Positions 28,328 to 37,329 of a DNA stretch of 64,000 bases are shown here, one piece after another. The notes below the pieces were generated by a model. That model had not been told where the DNA came from and made no database searches. It was given only the letters and a program-made list of their open reading frames with translations. This DNA comes from Candidatus Aldehydirespiratoraceae bacterium (GTDB taxonomy: Bacteria > Actinomycetota > Acidimicrobiia > Acidimicrobiales > Aldehydirespiratoraceae), in NCBI GenBank assembly GCA_965198365.1, contig OZ240617.1:83752-147751 (forward strand). Direction: 5' to 3'. Positions within the stretch are counted from its first letter, which is position 1, and each line of letters opens with the position of its first letter. A program made the position numbers and the translations under genes.

Positions 28328-29863
28328 ATGAGTGGGCCGGATCGGCGCAGGGGTGGTACGTCTACATCGAGCTTTGGGGTGGGACGTCGTGAGGGACATG
28401 ACGCCTCGGCGTTCTATGAGCGCTTCCCGGCGCCGGAGATCAGCGACGACGACAGCATTGCCGAGCATTCGTGTCGTGATCATCTTTGGGTGGGTGATGC
28501 CCGTGATATGGACGCGTGCGGGGATGTGGCCGACAATTCCGTGGCGTTGGTGGTCACCTCACCGCCGTATTTTGCGGGCAAGGAGTACGAGGAGGCGTTG
28601 GGCGAGGGGCATGTTCCTGCCGACTATCTGGCGTATTTAGACATGTTGGAAGACGTGTTTGCGGAGTGCGTGCGCAAGTTGGAGCCGGGTGGACGGATTG
28701 CGGTGAATATCGCCAATCTGGGGCGTCGTCCGTATCGTTCGTTGTCGGCGGATGTGGTGCAGATCCTGCAGGATCGTTTGCGTTTGTTGTTGCGGGGTGA
28801 GGTGATTTGGGTGAAGGCTCGGGGCGCGGCGGGGAACTGTGCTTGGGGGAGTTTTCGGGGGCCGGCGAACCCGGTTCTGCGTGACCTCACTGAGCGGGTT
28901 GTGATTGCTTCCAAGGGGCGTTTGGATCGCGCCCGGCCGGTCGCCCAGCGTGCTGATGAGGGGTTGCCTTTCGAGGCGACCGCGCCGGTTGAGGAGTTCA
29001 TGGAGGCAACGACCGATATTTGGGAGATCCCGCCTGCTTCGGCGACGCGTGTCGGTCATCCTGCGCCGTTCCCGGTGGAGTTGCCGAAGCGTCTGATTGA
29101 GCTCTACACCTACCGGGGTGATCTGGTTCTGGATCCGTTCATGGGTGCGGGGACCACGGCTGTGGCTGCGTTGCGGACGGGGCGCCATTACGTCGGTTTC
29201 GATACCGACGCTGCCTATATCGCCACGGCCGAGGAGCGCATTGCTGCTGAGCTCGAGGATCTTGCCAAGCCGCCCGAGGCTCTTGAGTGGCCGGTGACGG
29301 TTCCTCGTTCGGTTGGCCGGAGTCGTCAGCTGAGCTTCGCTGAGGAGTTGCTCGGCGAGCCGCCACAGAACGGGAGTTCGAACACTGCCCGTGGTGCGGT
29401 TGTGCCCGATGACAACGACTTCCAGGCCCGGGCCGGTACGGAGGGCCGCAAGGCACAGGAGATGGCCTACGCGGTGCTGCTTTCTCATGGTTTCAGCGAT
29501 ATCCGTACCAAGGTTTCGGGGCCTGGTGGCGTGGAGATTAATTTCGAGGCTCTCGACCAGCGGGGGGAGCCGTGGCTCTTCGACGTCTCGGGGGCGTTCA
29601 GCGTGACTCAGCGGCCGGGGCTTCGCCGCACCGACACTCTGTGGAAGGCGCTCGGCAAGGCGTCTGTGCTGCATTCAAGCGACCCGAGCACGCGCCTGGT
29701 CCTTTTGACGACCGACCGTCCAGCCCCCAACAGCGCCGGTGATCGTGCTCTTCGTGAGGTCACCGGCCCGAACAAGCCGGTCCGAGCGGTGATCGGCATG
29801 CTTTCCCAAAAAGACCTCGACCGCCTCAAGGCTCTAGCCACCGGCGATCCCCTCACCGAATAA
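28328..29863 (+). CDS. Beta-class N4/N6 DNA methyltransferase fused to a C-terminal restriction-endonuclease-like domain
   Basis: Motif IV VVTSPPY precedes HPAPFP and motif I VLDPFMGAGTT; extra C-terminal region (EINF..LD...W.FDVSG, GLRRTDTLWKALGK). Confidence 0.8.
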   Translation: MSGPDRRRGGTSTSSFGVGRREGHDASAFYERFPAPEISDDDSIAEHSCRDHLWVGDARDMDACGDVADNSVALVVTSPPYFAGKEYEEALGEGHVPADYLAYLDMLEDVFAECVRKLEPGGRIAVNIANLGRRPYRSLSADVVQILQDRLRLLLRGEVIWVKARGAAGNCAWGSFRGPANPVLRDLTERVVIASKGRLDRARPVAQRADEGLPFEATAPVEEFMEATTDIWEIPPASATRVGHPAPFPVELPKRLIELYTYRGDLVLDPFMGAGTTAVAALRTGRHYVGFDTDAAYIATAEERIAAELEDLAKPPEALEWPVTVPRSVGRSRQLSFAEELLGEPPQNGSSNTARGAVVPDDNDFQARAGTEGRKAQEMAYAVLLSHGFSDIRTKVSGPGGVEINFEALDQRGEPWLFDVSGAFSVTQRPGLRRTDTLWKALGKASVLHSSDPSTRLVLLTTDRPAPNSAGDRALREVTGPNKPVRAVIGMLSQKDLDRLKALATGDPLTE

Positions 29864-29894
29864 GCCTGCTTGTGAGGCTCAAACGGGATGGCTG

Positions 29895-32800
29895 CTAGCT
29901 GATTGGTGCCTCGGTTCCACCACCCTTGTTGGAGCCCCAGCAACGGATGGTGCCATCGGTACGCAACCCGCAGGAATGCGTCGAACCGGCGGAGACCGCT
30001 TGGAACGAACCACGAGGCGCGTCGGTTTGCCCGAAGTCGTTCGTTCCCCAGCAATGGATGGTGCCATCGGTACGCAACCCGCACGAATGGGCCGGACCAG
30101 CGGAGACGGTTTGGAACGAACCCTCGGGCACGTCGATGACCCCTCTGGCTTGCCCGAACTGGTTGGATCCCCAGCAGATGATGGTGCCATCGGTACGCAA
30201 CCCGCACGAATACAAGTCGCCAGCGACAACGGCTTGGAATGAACCTTCAGGCGCCGTGGCTTGCCCGAACCAGTCGGATCCCCAGCAGATGATGGTGCCA
30301 TCGGTACGCAACCCGCACGAGTGTTCCAAACCGGCGGCGACTGCCGAGTACAGATCGCCTGGGGGTTGGGATTCACCGAACTTGTCGCGACCCCAGCAGA
30401 TGATGGTGCCGTCTGGGCGCAACCCACATGAGTGGGCCCCTCCCGTGGTGACGGCTTGGAACGTATCCGCCGGCGCGCTGGCCTGGCCGTAGCGGTCAGA
30501 GCCCCAGCAGGCGATGGTGCCGTCTTCTTGCAACCCGCAGGAATGTCCCATTTCCATGGAAACGTCGCCGCTTGTGGCGATGGCTTGGAACGAGCCTTCA
30601 GGCGGATCGCTCTGCCCCGATTCGTTGTTGCCCCAACAGGTGATCGTGTCGTCGGCGCGTATCGCGCAGGTGTTTCGGTAACCGGCAGCGACGGCTTGGA
30701 ACTCGACTGGCGATGCGTCGATTTCCCGGAAGAAGTTGTTGCCCCAACAGGTGATGGTGTCATCGCTACCGATCGCGCAGGTGTGGTGCCCGCCGGCGGC
30801 TATGGTTTTGAACGAACCGGTGGGAGCGCTGGTCTGTCCGTTCCAGTTGGAGCCCCAGCAGCTGATTATGCCGTTCGGGCGCAAGCCGCACGAATGGTCA
30901 CTACCAGCGGTTACGGCTTTGAAGAACCCTCTGGGGTCGTCGCTCTGCCCGTTGCTATTGGAACCCCAGCAGCTGACTACGCCGTTCGTTCGCAGTCCAC
31001 ACGAATGAGCCGCGCCGGCGTCAACAGCTTGGTACGTTCCCCCTCGAGCGGTAGTTTGCCTGTTCGAGTTGGCGCCCCAGCAGCTGAGCGTTCCATCCGC
31101 CCGTATCCCACAAGTGTGTCTTTGGCCGGCCGAGATGGATTGGAACGAAAAGGTCGGCGCTTCGCTCTGCCCGTCGATGTGTTCGCCCCAACAGATGACG
31201 ATGCCATCGGTACGCAGTCCGCACGTATGGTTCGCTCCGGCGGTGACGTCATGGAACCGGTGCGCAGGGGCATCGGTCTTGCCGTGGCTGTCGTCACCCC
31301 GACAGGTGATGCCGTTGTCGACGCGCACCCCGCACGAGTGTCGGTCGTTGACACTCACGGTTTTGAACGAGCGTGTGGGACCGAATATTTGCCCGTAGAG
31401 GCTGTTGCCCCAGCAGGTGACAGTGTCATCTGTACGTATGGCGCACGTATGGTTTGTACCGGCGGCAAGCGTCTTGAACGTACCTGCCGGTGCATCCGTT
31501 CTTCCGGTGAAATTGGAACCCCAGCAGGTGACAGCGCCGTCGGTCCGCACCCCGCACGTTTGGTTTGAACCGGCGGAGACGGCTTGGAACGTACCCCTGG
31601 GCGCTGTCCCGCGGGCGTTGCGGCCCCAACAGGTGATGGTGTCATCTGTGCGCAACCCGCACGAATGGCCCCAGCCGAAGCTGGCAGTGACGGCTTTGAA
31701 CGAACCCGTCGGCGCGTCGCTTTGGCCGTATCCGTTGTGGCCCCAGCAGGTGACGGTGCCATCGGTGCGCAACCCGCACGTATGCAATCCACCGGCGGAG
31801 ACCGCTTGGAACGATCCAGTCGGCGCGTCGCTTTGGCCGTATCCGTTGTCGCCCCAACAGGTGATTGTGCCATCGGTGCGCAGTCCGCACGTGTGGAATC
31901 CTCGGTCACCGTAGTGACCGCCACCGGCGGAAACGGCTTGGAAGCTACCGCTCGGAGCGGTGGTTTGCCCGCTCGAGTTGGCGCCCCAGCAAGTAATGGT
32001 GCCGTCCGTGCGCAGTCCGCACGTATGGTCCGAGCCACTGTTGACCGCTTGGAATCTGCCGGTTGGAGCGGTGGCTTGCCCGTACCAGTTGCCTCCCCAG
32101 CAAGTGATCGAATCGTCGGTGCGCAGCCCACACATATGACTTCCGCCGGAGGTGATGCTCTGGAACGAACCGGTCGGTGGCTCCGCTTGCCGATAGGAAT
32201 TGTCCCCCCAACAAGTAACGGCGCCGTCCGTGCGCAGTCCACAGCTATGATCGTAGCCACTAGCGACCGCTTTGAACGAGTAGATCTCGGTTGCCGGGGT
32301 ATGGTCGGCGGTGGGGTCACACGTCGGGGTTCGGGGGTCGACCGTTACCGCTGGTTCGCCTTGGTAGCGGTACAGGAAGGTGATCAGGTGTGCACGCGTC
32401 AAGGTGTTGTCGGGCGCGAATGTGGTGGGTGTGGTTCCGGTTGTGATCCCGTTGGCGGCCATCCACGAGACGGGTGCTTGTTGCCAGTCTTCGACAACGT
32501 CGGTGAACGGATGCGGGTCTGCTTCGGGTTTGCCGGCCAGACGGTGGAGCAGCGCAGCCAGTTCTGCGCGTGTGAGCGTCTGCCCCGGCGCGAACTCGAC
32601 GTCCGAGGTGCCGCTCATGATTTCGGTCTCGACCATCCAGGCGACGGCCGGGTTCTGGGATTCGACGGTCACGTCGCTGAACGAGTGCGGCGACGAGGAG
32701 GGCTGGGCTTTCATGTTCCAGATGATCTGCGCGGTCTCGCCCCGTGTGACCGCTGAGTCCGGCGAGAAGCATGCGCCGTCGAGGCCTGTGATGCCTTGGT

Positions 32801-32950
32801 CGACCGACCACTGAAGCGCATCGGTGTAGTAGGTGCCTTCAGCCACATCGCCATACCGGCTACACCGGCCGCCGGCGGCCCCGAGATCATCAGCGAGGCA
32901 GCAGCCAAGCTCAGCACCACCCCACACCAACCAAGCAATCGGGGCCTCAT
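29895..32950 (-). pseudogene. SLH + 21 RCC1-like repeat surface protein with a 1-nt frameshift after the signal peptide
   Basis: Signal-like MRPRLLGWCGVVLSLAAASLMISGPPAAGVAG starts at 32950 behind AAGGAGG but is out of frame with YGDVAEGTYY (SLH) near 32855; 21 HxCGLRxDG..xCWG repeats counted. Confidence 0.75.
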
Positions 32951-33044
32951 CTGACTGACAACCCCTCCTTGAAACCGGCGTGGGCCGACCTTAGCATCCT
33001 GCTGCTCGTCTCATCGGGCGTGTCGGCCAGCGGCGGAAGTGGGG

Positions 33045-36000
33045 TTAGGGGACGGTGGCGGTGTCGCCGGATTGGGTGCTGGTGTCGTAGGCGGATATCA
33101 CCTCGAAGGTGCAGCCGATGGCGTTGCATGCGCTGACTTTGGCGGCGTAGGTGCCCGAGTCCAGGTCGGTGACCGTGTAGCTGTGGGTGCCTATTCCGAC
33201 TGTGGTGCTGCCGCTGCTGCCGGCGGCACCGGCTTGGGAGGGGAACCATCTGATCTTGTAGCTGGTCACGCCGTCGAGCCCTTGTCCGCTGGAGTCCCAG
33301 GTGATGATCTTGGTGCTGTCGGGTTCGTTTGCCGGTGCGTCGTTGATCCGTACCGCGAAGATCGACACGTTGGTCGGCACGCCTGCGGTCTTGACGATGG
33401 GGGCATACCCCGAGGTGCCCACGAATCCGGAGCGAGTCACGGCTCGGGCCCGTACTTGGTAACTAGCTCCTTCTTCCAGGCTCTGGACCTGTGCGGTCAA
33501 CGCACCCAGCGGGAAGTCGGTGCCGGCGGTTTCGGTGTCGCCGTCGACGGTTTTCCAGACGTGTGCTGAATAGCGGGCATCTGGTACTGGTTTGTCGGGG
33601 TCGGCGAGTCGGCGGTATTGCACTTCGTAGCCGGTGATCGGGGGTCCGCCGTTTGTTCGCGTGACGGGGGACCAGGTGATCGTCAGCTCTGTGCCGTTGC
33701 CGGGCGAGCCGTCGCTGTTGACTCTTGGCGCGGTTGCGGTGACAGTGCCGGGTGCGGGCGGTACCGCTGAGGTGTACCCGCTGATTTCGTAGCTGTATTC
33801 GCCCGTTCCGACTGCGTTGACGGCGCGGATCACTACGAAGTAGGTGGTGCCGTCGTCGAGCCCGGTGATGGTGTGGCGGTGGGCCGGTGCGTCGACTCTG
33901 ATATCGGTTTCGAATTGGCCGGTGTCACCTTCTGCGTAGTTGAGCAGGTAGTGGGTGATGGGAGTGCCGCCGTCGTCTGGCGGGTTCCAGGTCACGGTCA
34001 ACAACTTGAATCCGGGTTCGATATCGATGTTGGCTTCGGAGTCGAATTCGTCGGCACCGATGCTGCCGGGTTGGGTTGCTGGGGCTGCCGAGGTCATTGC
34101 CCAGGGGCCACCTTCGGTTGGGGTCGGGTTGTTTGTGGAACCGTCGCCGTCGTGGTCGTTGGTTGCTCGGACTCGCACGTCAAAGGAGACGCCTCGTCCG
34201 GTAGCGGAGCCACTGCGGCGGTCTTTGAGTCCGGTGATGGTGACTGTTCGGCTGTTGATGTGAGCGGCTGTGAGGATGACTTCTGTCCAGTCTCCGGCGC
34301 GTACTTCGTCGTAGGCGTCTGGTGAGCTTCGGGGCACGAAGGATTCGCGGTATTCCACGACATAGCCGAGCACGGCGTTGGTGCCGTTGTTGGCGGGTGG
34401 GTCCCAGGTGACTAGCAGCGATTCGGGGTCGACTACGACTGCGTTGCCGCTGGTGTCAACTGCTGGCGGCGAGCCGGCCGCGACGTTGCGCGGGGCGGCG
34501 GGCACAGCCTTTGGTACTGCGGTTACTGCAGGTGAGGGTTGACTCCTGCCCGAGCCAGATATGGCTTTGACCGACACGGTGTAGCCGAAGCCGTTGGTGA
34601 GTCCGGTGATAGTTGTTGACGTGACTGAGCCGGTTACGTTGATTTGTTGGGGTGTTCCGCCCGACGAGTAGGTGATTTCGTAGCCGGTGACAACGCCGCC
34701 GCCTGTGTCGGCGGGTGGGGTCCAGATGACTTGCAGGGCTTCATGGGCTGACAGCACGCCGGTTGTGTCCAGGCCGGGAGGCCCTGGTACTTGTACCGGT
34801 GTGGCTGTTGCTGAGACCCAGCGCCAGGGACCGGTGGAGCTGGTCTTGGCGTTGACCGCTCGTACTCGTACGTCGCAGGGTTGGCCGTTTTCGAGGCCGG
34901 TGATGGTGATCGAGTATTTCTCGGTTGGGACGTTGGGCACGTCCACTCGGCCCGCTGGATTGCCGGGAATTCCGGTGGTGACCCAGCCGGTGCTGCCGCT
35001 GCTGGTGGCGCAGTTGCGTTCGACTCGGTAACTCTCAACGGGTTCGCCGCCGTCGTCTCGCGGGGCTCGCCATTCGGCGATCAGTTCTGTACCTGATGTT
35101 TCAGAGGGGGTGACAGCGAGTTCTGAGGGGAGGTCGGCGCCTACGGTGCTGGGGCTGATTGGTTTGCCGTTGGGCGCTGGAGTTAGTGAGCCTTGGCCGT
35201 AGGCGTTGATGGCGGTGATCCAGACGTAATACGCCGAGGGGTTGGCTGCGGTGGTGTTTCGCAGGCCGGTGATGGTGTGGCTGCGTTGAGCCGCGTCGTC
35301 GATCAAGAACTCGAGGGGTTTGACTCGGCGGTTGGCGGTCCATTGGACGAGGTAGCCGGTGATGTCGCTGCCGCCGTCGTCGGTAGGTGGTTCCCAGGTC
35401 AGGGTGAGTTCCATGTTGCCGGATTCGACGTTGAAGTTGCTGACTAGTCCTGGTGCGACGGCCGGGGTGCCGGTTGTTTCAACCGACCATGGTCCGTTGC
35501 CTCCGGCGTTTACGGCGGCGACTCTGAGCGTGTATTCGGTTCCTTTGGTGAGGCCGGGGATTTTGGTTGTTGGGACCCTGGAGCTATGTTGACGAGTTGT
35601 TGCGTAGTCTTCGTCGCCGGATTTCCATTGCACGACGTAGCCGGTGACGGTGTTGCCTCCGGTGAAGCTGGGGCCTTCCCAGGTAACGGTCAGTTCGGTG
35701 CCGTCATCGCCGCTGGGTTCGGTCGTGAGACCGCTGGGGGCTTCGGCGGTGGTGTTGGTGAGAGTGCGATACAAGCGGGCAATGAACGATGCCATTTGTT
35801 CGCGTGTCACTCCGGCTCTGGGTGAGAATGTGGTTGGTGTGGTGCCGGTGGTGACTCCGAGGCCGTAGATCTGAGCGATTGCTTTCTGCTGTTCTGGCGA
35901 GCGGCTGCCGATGTCGGTGAATTCGGTGTTGACGACTGGCGCGTCGACGCCGGTTACTGCTTTGTACAGGCGCGCTATGAACAGGGCCATGTGTGATCGA

Positions 36001-36569
36001 AGCACGGCGCTTCTGGGCGCGTACGTGGTGGCGCTGGTGCCTTTGGTGATGTCGAGTCCGTAGATGCGGCCGATGTCGTTGATGGCGAAGGAGTCTTCGG
36101 GTACATCGGTGAACGGTGTCTCGGCGATTTCTGCTGGGTTTCCGGTCACTTGGCGATAGGTGCGCGCCATGAATGCGGCCATTTCTTCGCGGGTTACTTC
36201 GTCACGTGGGCGGTAGCGGTTGTCTGATGTTTGAGTGATGCCGAGTTCTAGTAGGCAGCGGATGTCGTTGAAGGCGAAGCTGTTGGGGTCGACATCGGTG
36301 AATGGCAGCGTGCCTGTGTCGGATGGGCAGGTGACGGTGTCTTCGGTTTCGGTTTCGGTTTCGGTTTCGGTTTCGGTTTCGGTTTCGGTTTCGATTTCGG
36401 TTTCGATTTCGGTTTCGGTTTGGGCGGTGGCTGTGGTTGTAGCTAGTCCGACTGTGCTGGCGAGCATGATGAGGGCGATTGCTGCTCGCATGAGGCGAAG
36501 CAGGTTTGACCGAGTTGATCGGTGTGACTTCAGTGCCCGCGCTTTTTTGTCGGTGACTGCTGATCTCAT
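33045..36569 (-). CDS. Secreted SLH(x3)-FN3(x8) surface protein, paralog 1
   Basis: Signal peptide, FTDV/TRE SLH repeats, FN3 strands (V.W.PP.D.GG..IT.Y.V.W, Y.VRVRA.N); (TE)n linker. Confidence 0.9.
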   Translation of the reverse strand: MRSAVTDKKARALKSHRSTRSNLLRLMRAAIALIMLASTVGLATTTATAQTETEIETEIETETETETETETETETEDTVTCPSDTGTLPFTDVDPNSFAFNDIRCLLELGITQTSDNRYRPRDEVTREEMAAFMARTYRQVTGNPAEIAETPFTDVPEDSFAINDIGRIYGLDITKGTSATTYAPRSAVLRSHMALFIARLYKAVTGVDAPVVNTEFTDIGSRSPEQQKAIAQIYGLGVTTGTTPTTFSPRAGVTREQMASFIARLYRTLTNTTAEAPSGLTTEPSGDDGTELTVTWEGPSFTGGNTVTGYVVQWKSGDEDYATTRQHSSRVPTTKIPGLTKGTEYTLRVAAVNAGGNGPWSVETTGTPAVAPGLVSNFNVESGNMELTLTWEPPTDDGGSDITGYLVQWTANRRVKPLEFLIDDAAQRSHTITGLRNTTAANPSAYYVWITAINAYGQGSLTPAPNGKPISPSTVGADLPSELAVTPSETSGTELIAEWRAPRDDGGEPVESYRVERNCATSSGSTGWVTTGIPGNPAGRVDVPNVPTEKYSITITGLENGQPCDVRVRAVNAKTSSTGPWRWVSATATPVQVPGPPGLDTTGVLSAHEALQVIWTPPADTGGGVVTGYEITYSSGGTPQQINVTGSVTSTTITGLTNGFGYTVSVKAISGSGRSQPSPAVTAVPKAVPAAPRNVAAGSPPAVDTSGNAVVVDPESLLVTWDPPANNGTNAVLGYVVEYRESFVPRSSPDAYDEVRAGDWTEVILTAAHINSRTVTITGLKDRRSGSATGRGVSFDVRVRATNDHDGDGSTNNPTPTEGGPWAMTSAAPATQPGSIGADEFDSEANIDIEPGFKLLTVTWNPPDDGGTPITHYLLNYAEGDTGQFETDIRVDAPAHRHTITGLDDGTTYFVVIRAVNAVGTGEYSYEISGYTSAVPPAPGTVTATAPRVNSDGSPGNGTELTITWSPVTRTNGGPPITGYEVQYRRLADPDKPVPDARYSAHVWKTVDGDTETAGTDFPLGALTAQVQSLEEGASYQVRARAVTRSGFVGTSGYAPIVKTAGVPTNVSIFAVRINDAPANEPDSTKIITWDSSGQGLDGVTSYKIRWFPSQAGAAGSSGSTTVGIGTHSYTVTDLDSGTYAAKVSACNAIGCTFEVISAYDTSTQSGDTATVP
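36342..36419. repeat. 13 x 6-bp microsatellite (TTCGGT/TTCGAT) coding the Thr-Glu linker
   Basis: 13 units counted, matching TETEIETEIETETETETETETETETE. Confidence 0.95.
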
Positions 36570-36701
36570 CGCTGCTCCGTTCTGGCGTTGGCTTCTCGCG
36601 TTTCGCCAACTGCAGTCGAATCTACCGCCTATGCGCTCAACATTCAGAACAAAGGGTGCTTGAAAGCCCCGATTTTGGGTTGGTCCGAGGGATGCGCAGG
36701 T

Positions 36702-37181
36702 TCAGGCTGGTCCGAATTGCCAGGCCGCCAGGAAGACCGAGCCGCAGATGGAGACAGTCACCACAGTGATCGCCACAACGAAGGCCCAAACATCCCTGCT
36801 GCGTTTGTCCGACAACTCCGCGAACCGGGTGTCGACCGCCGCGAAGTGCTCCTTCACCTCGGCAAAACGGGTGTCGACCGCCGCGAACTGCTCCTTCACC
36901 TCGGCGAATCGGGTGTCGACCGCCGCGAAGTGCTTCTTGATCTCCGCGAACTGCTCGGCGAGCTGTTCGCGGAGCTGCGCGAACTGGACGTCCATCTTGG
37001 CGTTGAGTGCAACGAACCCGGCCTGTGTCTTCGTCTCGAGGTCTGCCAGGTCACGTTTCGTGGCGAACTGCTCCCATCCCCCAGGTGGTTGCTGTGCCAT
37101 AAGGAACTCCGCTTCCTGTTGACCTACCGTGTCGGCAAGACTGCTGTAGATCTCGGCTCGCTGCTGCTCTGTCAGGGCCAC
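36702..37181 (-). CDS. Coiled-coil membrane-anchored protein, family A copy 1 (DUF1640/CCDC90-like head-neck-stalk-anchor)
   Basis: Head MALTEQQRAEIY, neck ATKRDL, heptad stalk FAAVDTR repeats, C-terminal TM. Confidence 0.85.
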   Translation of the reverse strand: MALTEQQRAEIYSSLADTVGQQEAEFLMAQQPPGGWEQFATKRDLADLETKTQAGFVALNAKMDVQFAQLREQLAEQFAEIKKHFAAVDTRFAEVKEQFAAVDTRFAEVKEHFAAVDTRFAELSDKRSRDVWAFVVAITVVTVSICGSVFLAAWQFGPA

Positions 37182-37298
37182 TTGGGTCTCCCATCCAATT
37201 CGTGATGATCGAGTCAGGGGGGAAGTGGCTTACGGGCATCACAGTATCATCAAAGCCATTCAGAGACAATCGAATCAGACTCAGGGCAGTCAACGCAC
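37182..37298. repeat. Conserved leader L, copy 1
   Basis: GATCGAGTCAGGGGGGAAGTGGCTTACGGGCATCACAGTATCATCAAAGCCATTCAG core, also near 41287, 44010, 44885 and 48696. Confidence 0.9.
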
Positions 37299-37329
37299 AG
37301 TTGCAGCAGGCCGACTGTCTTGGCCGGGG

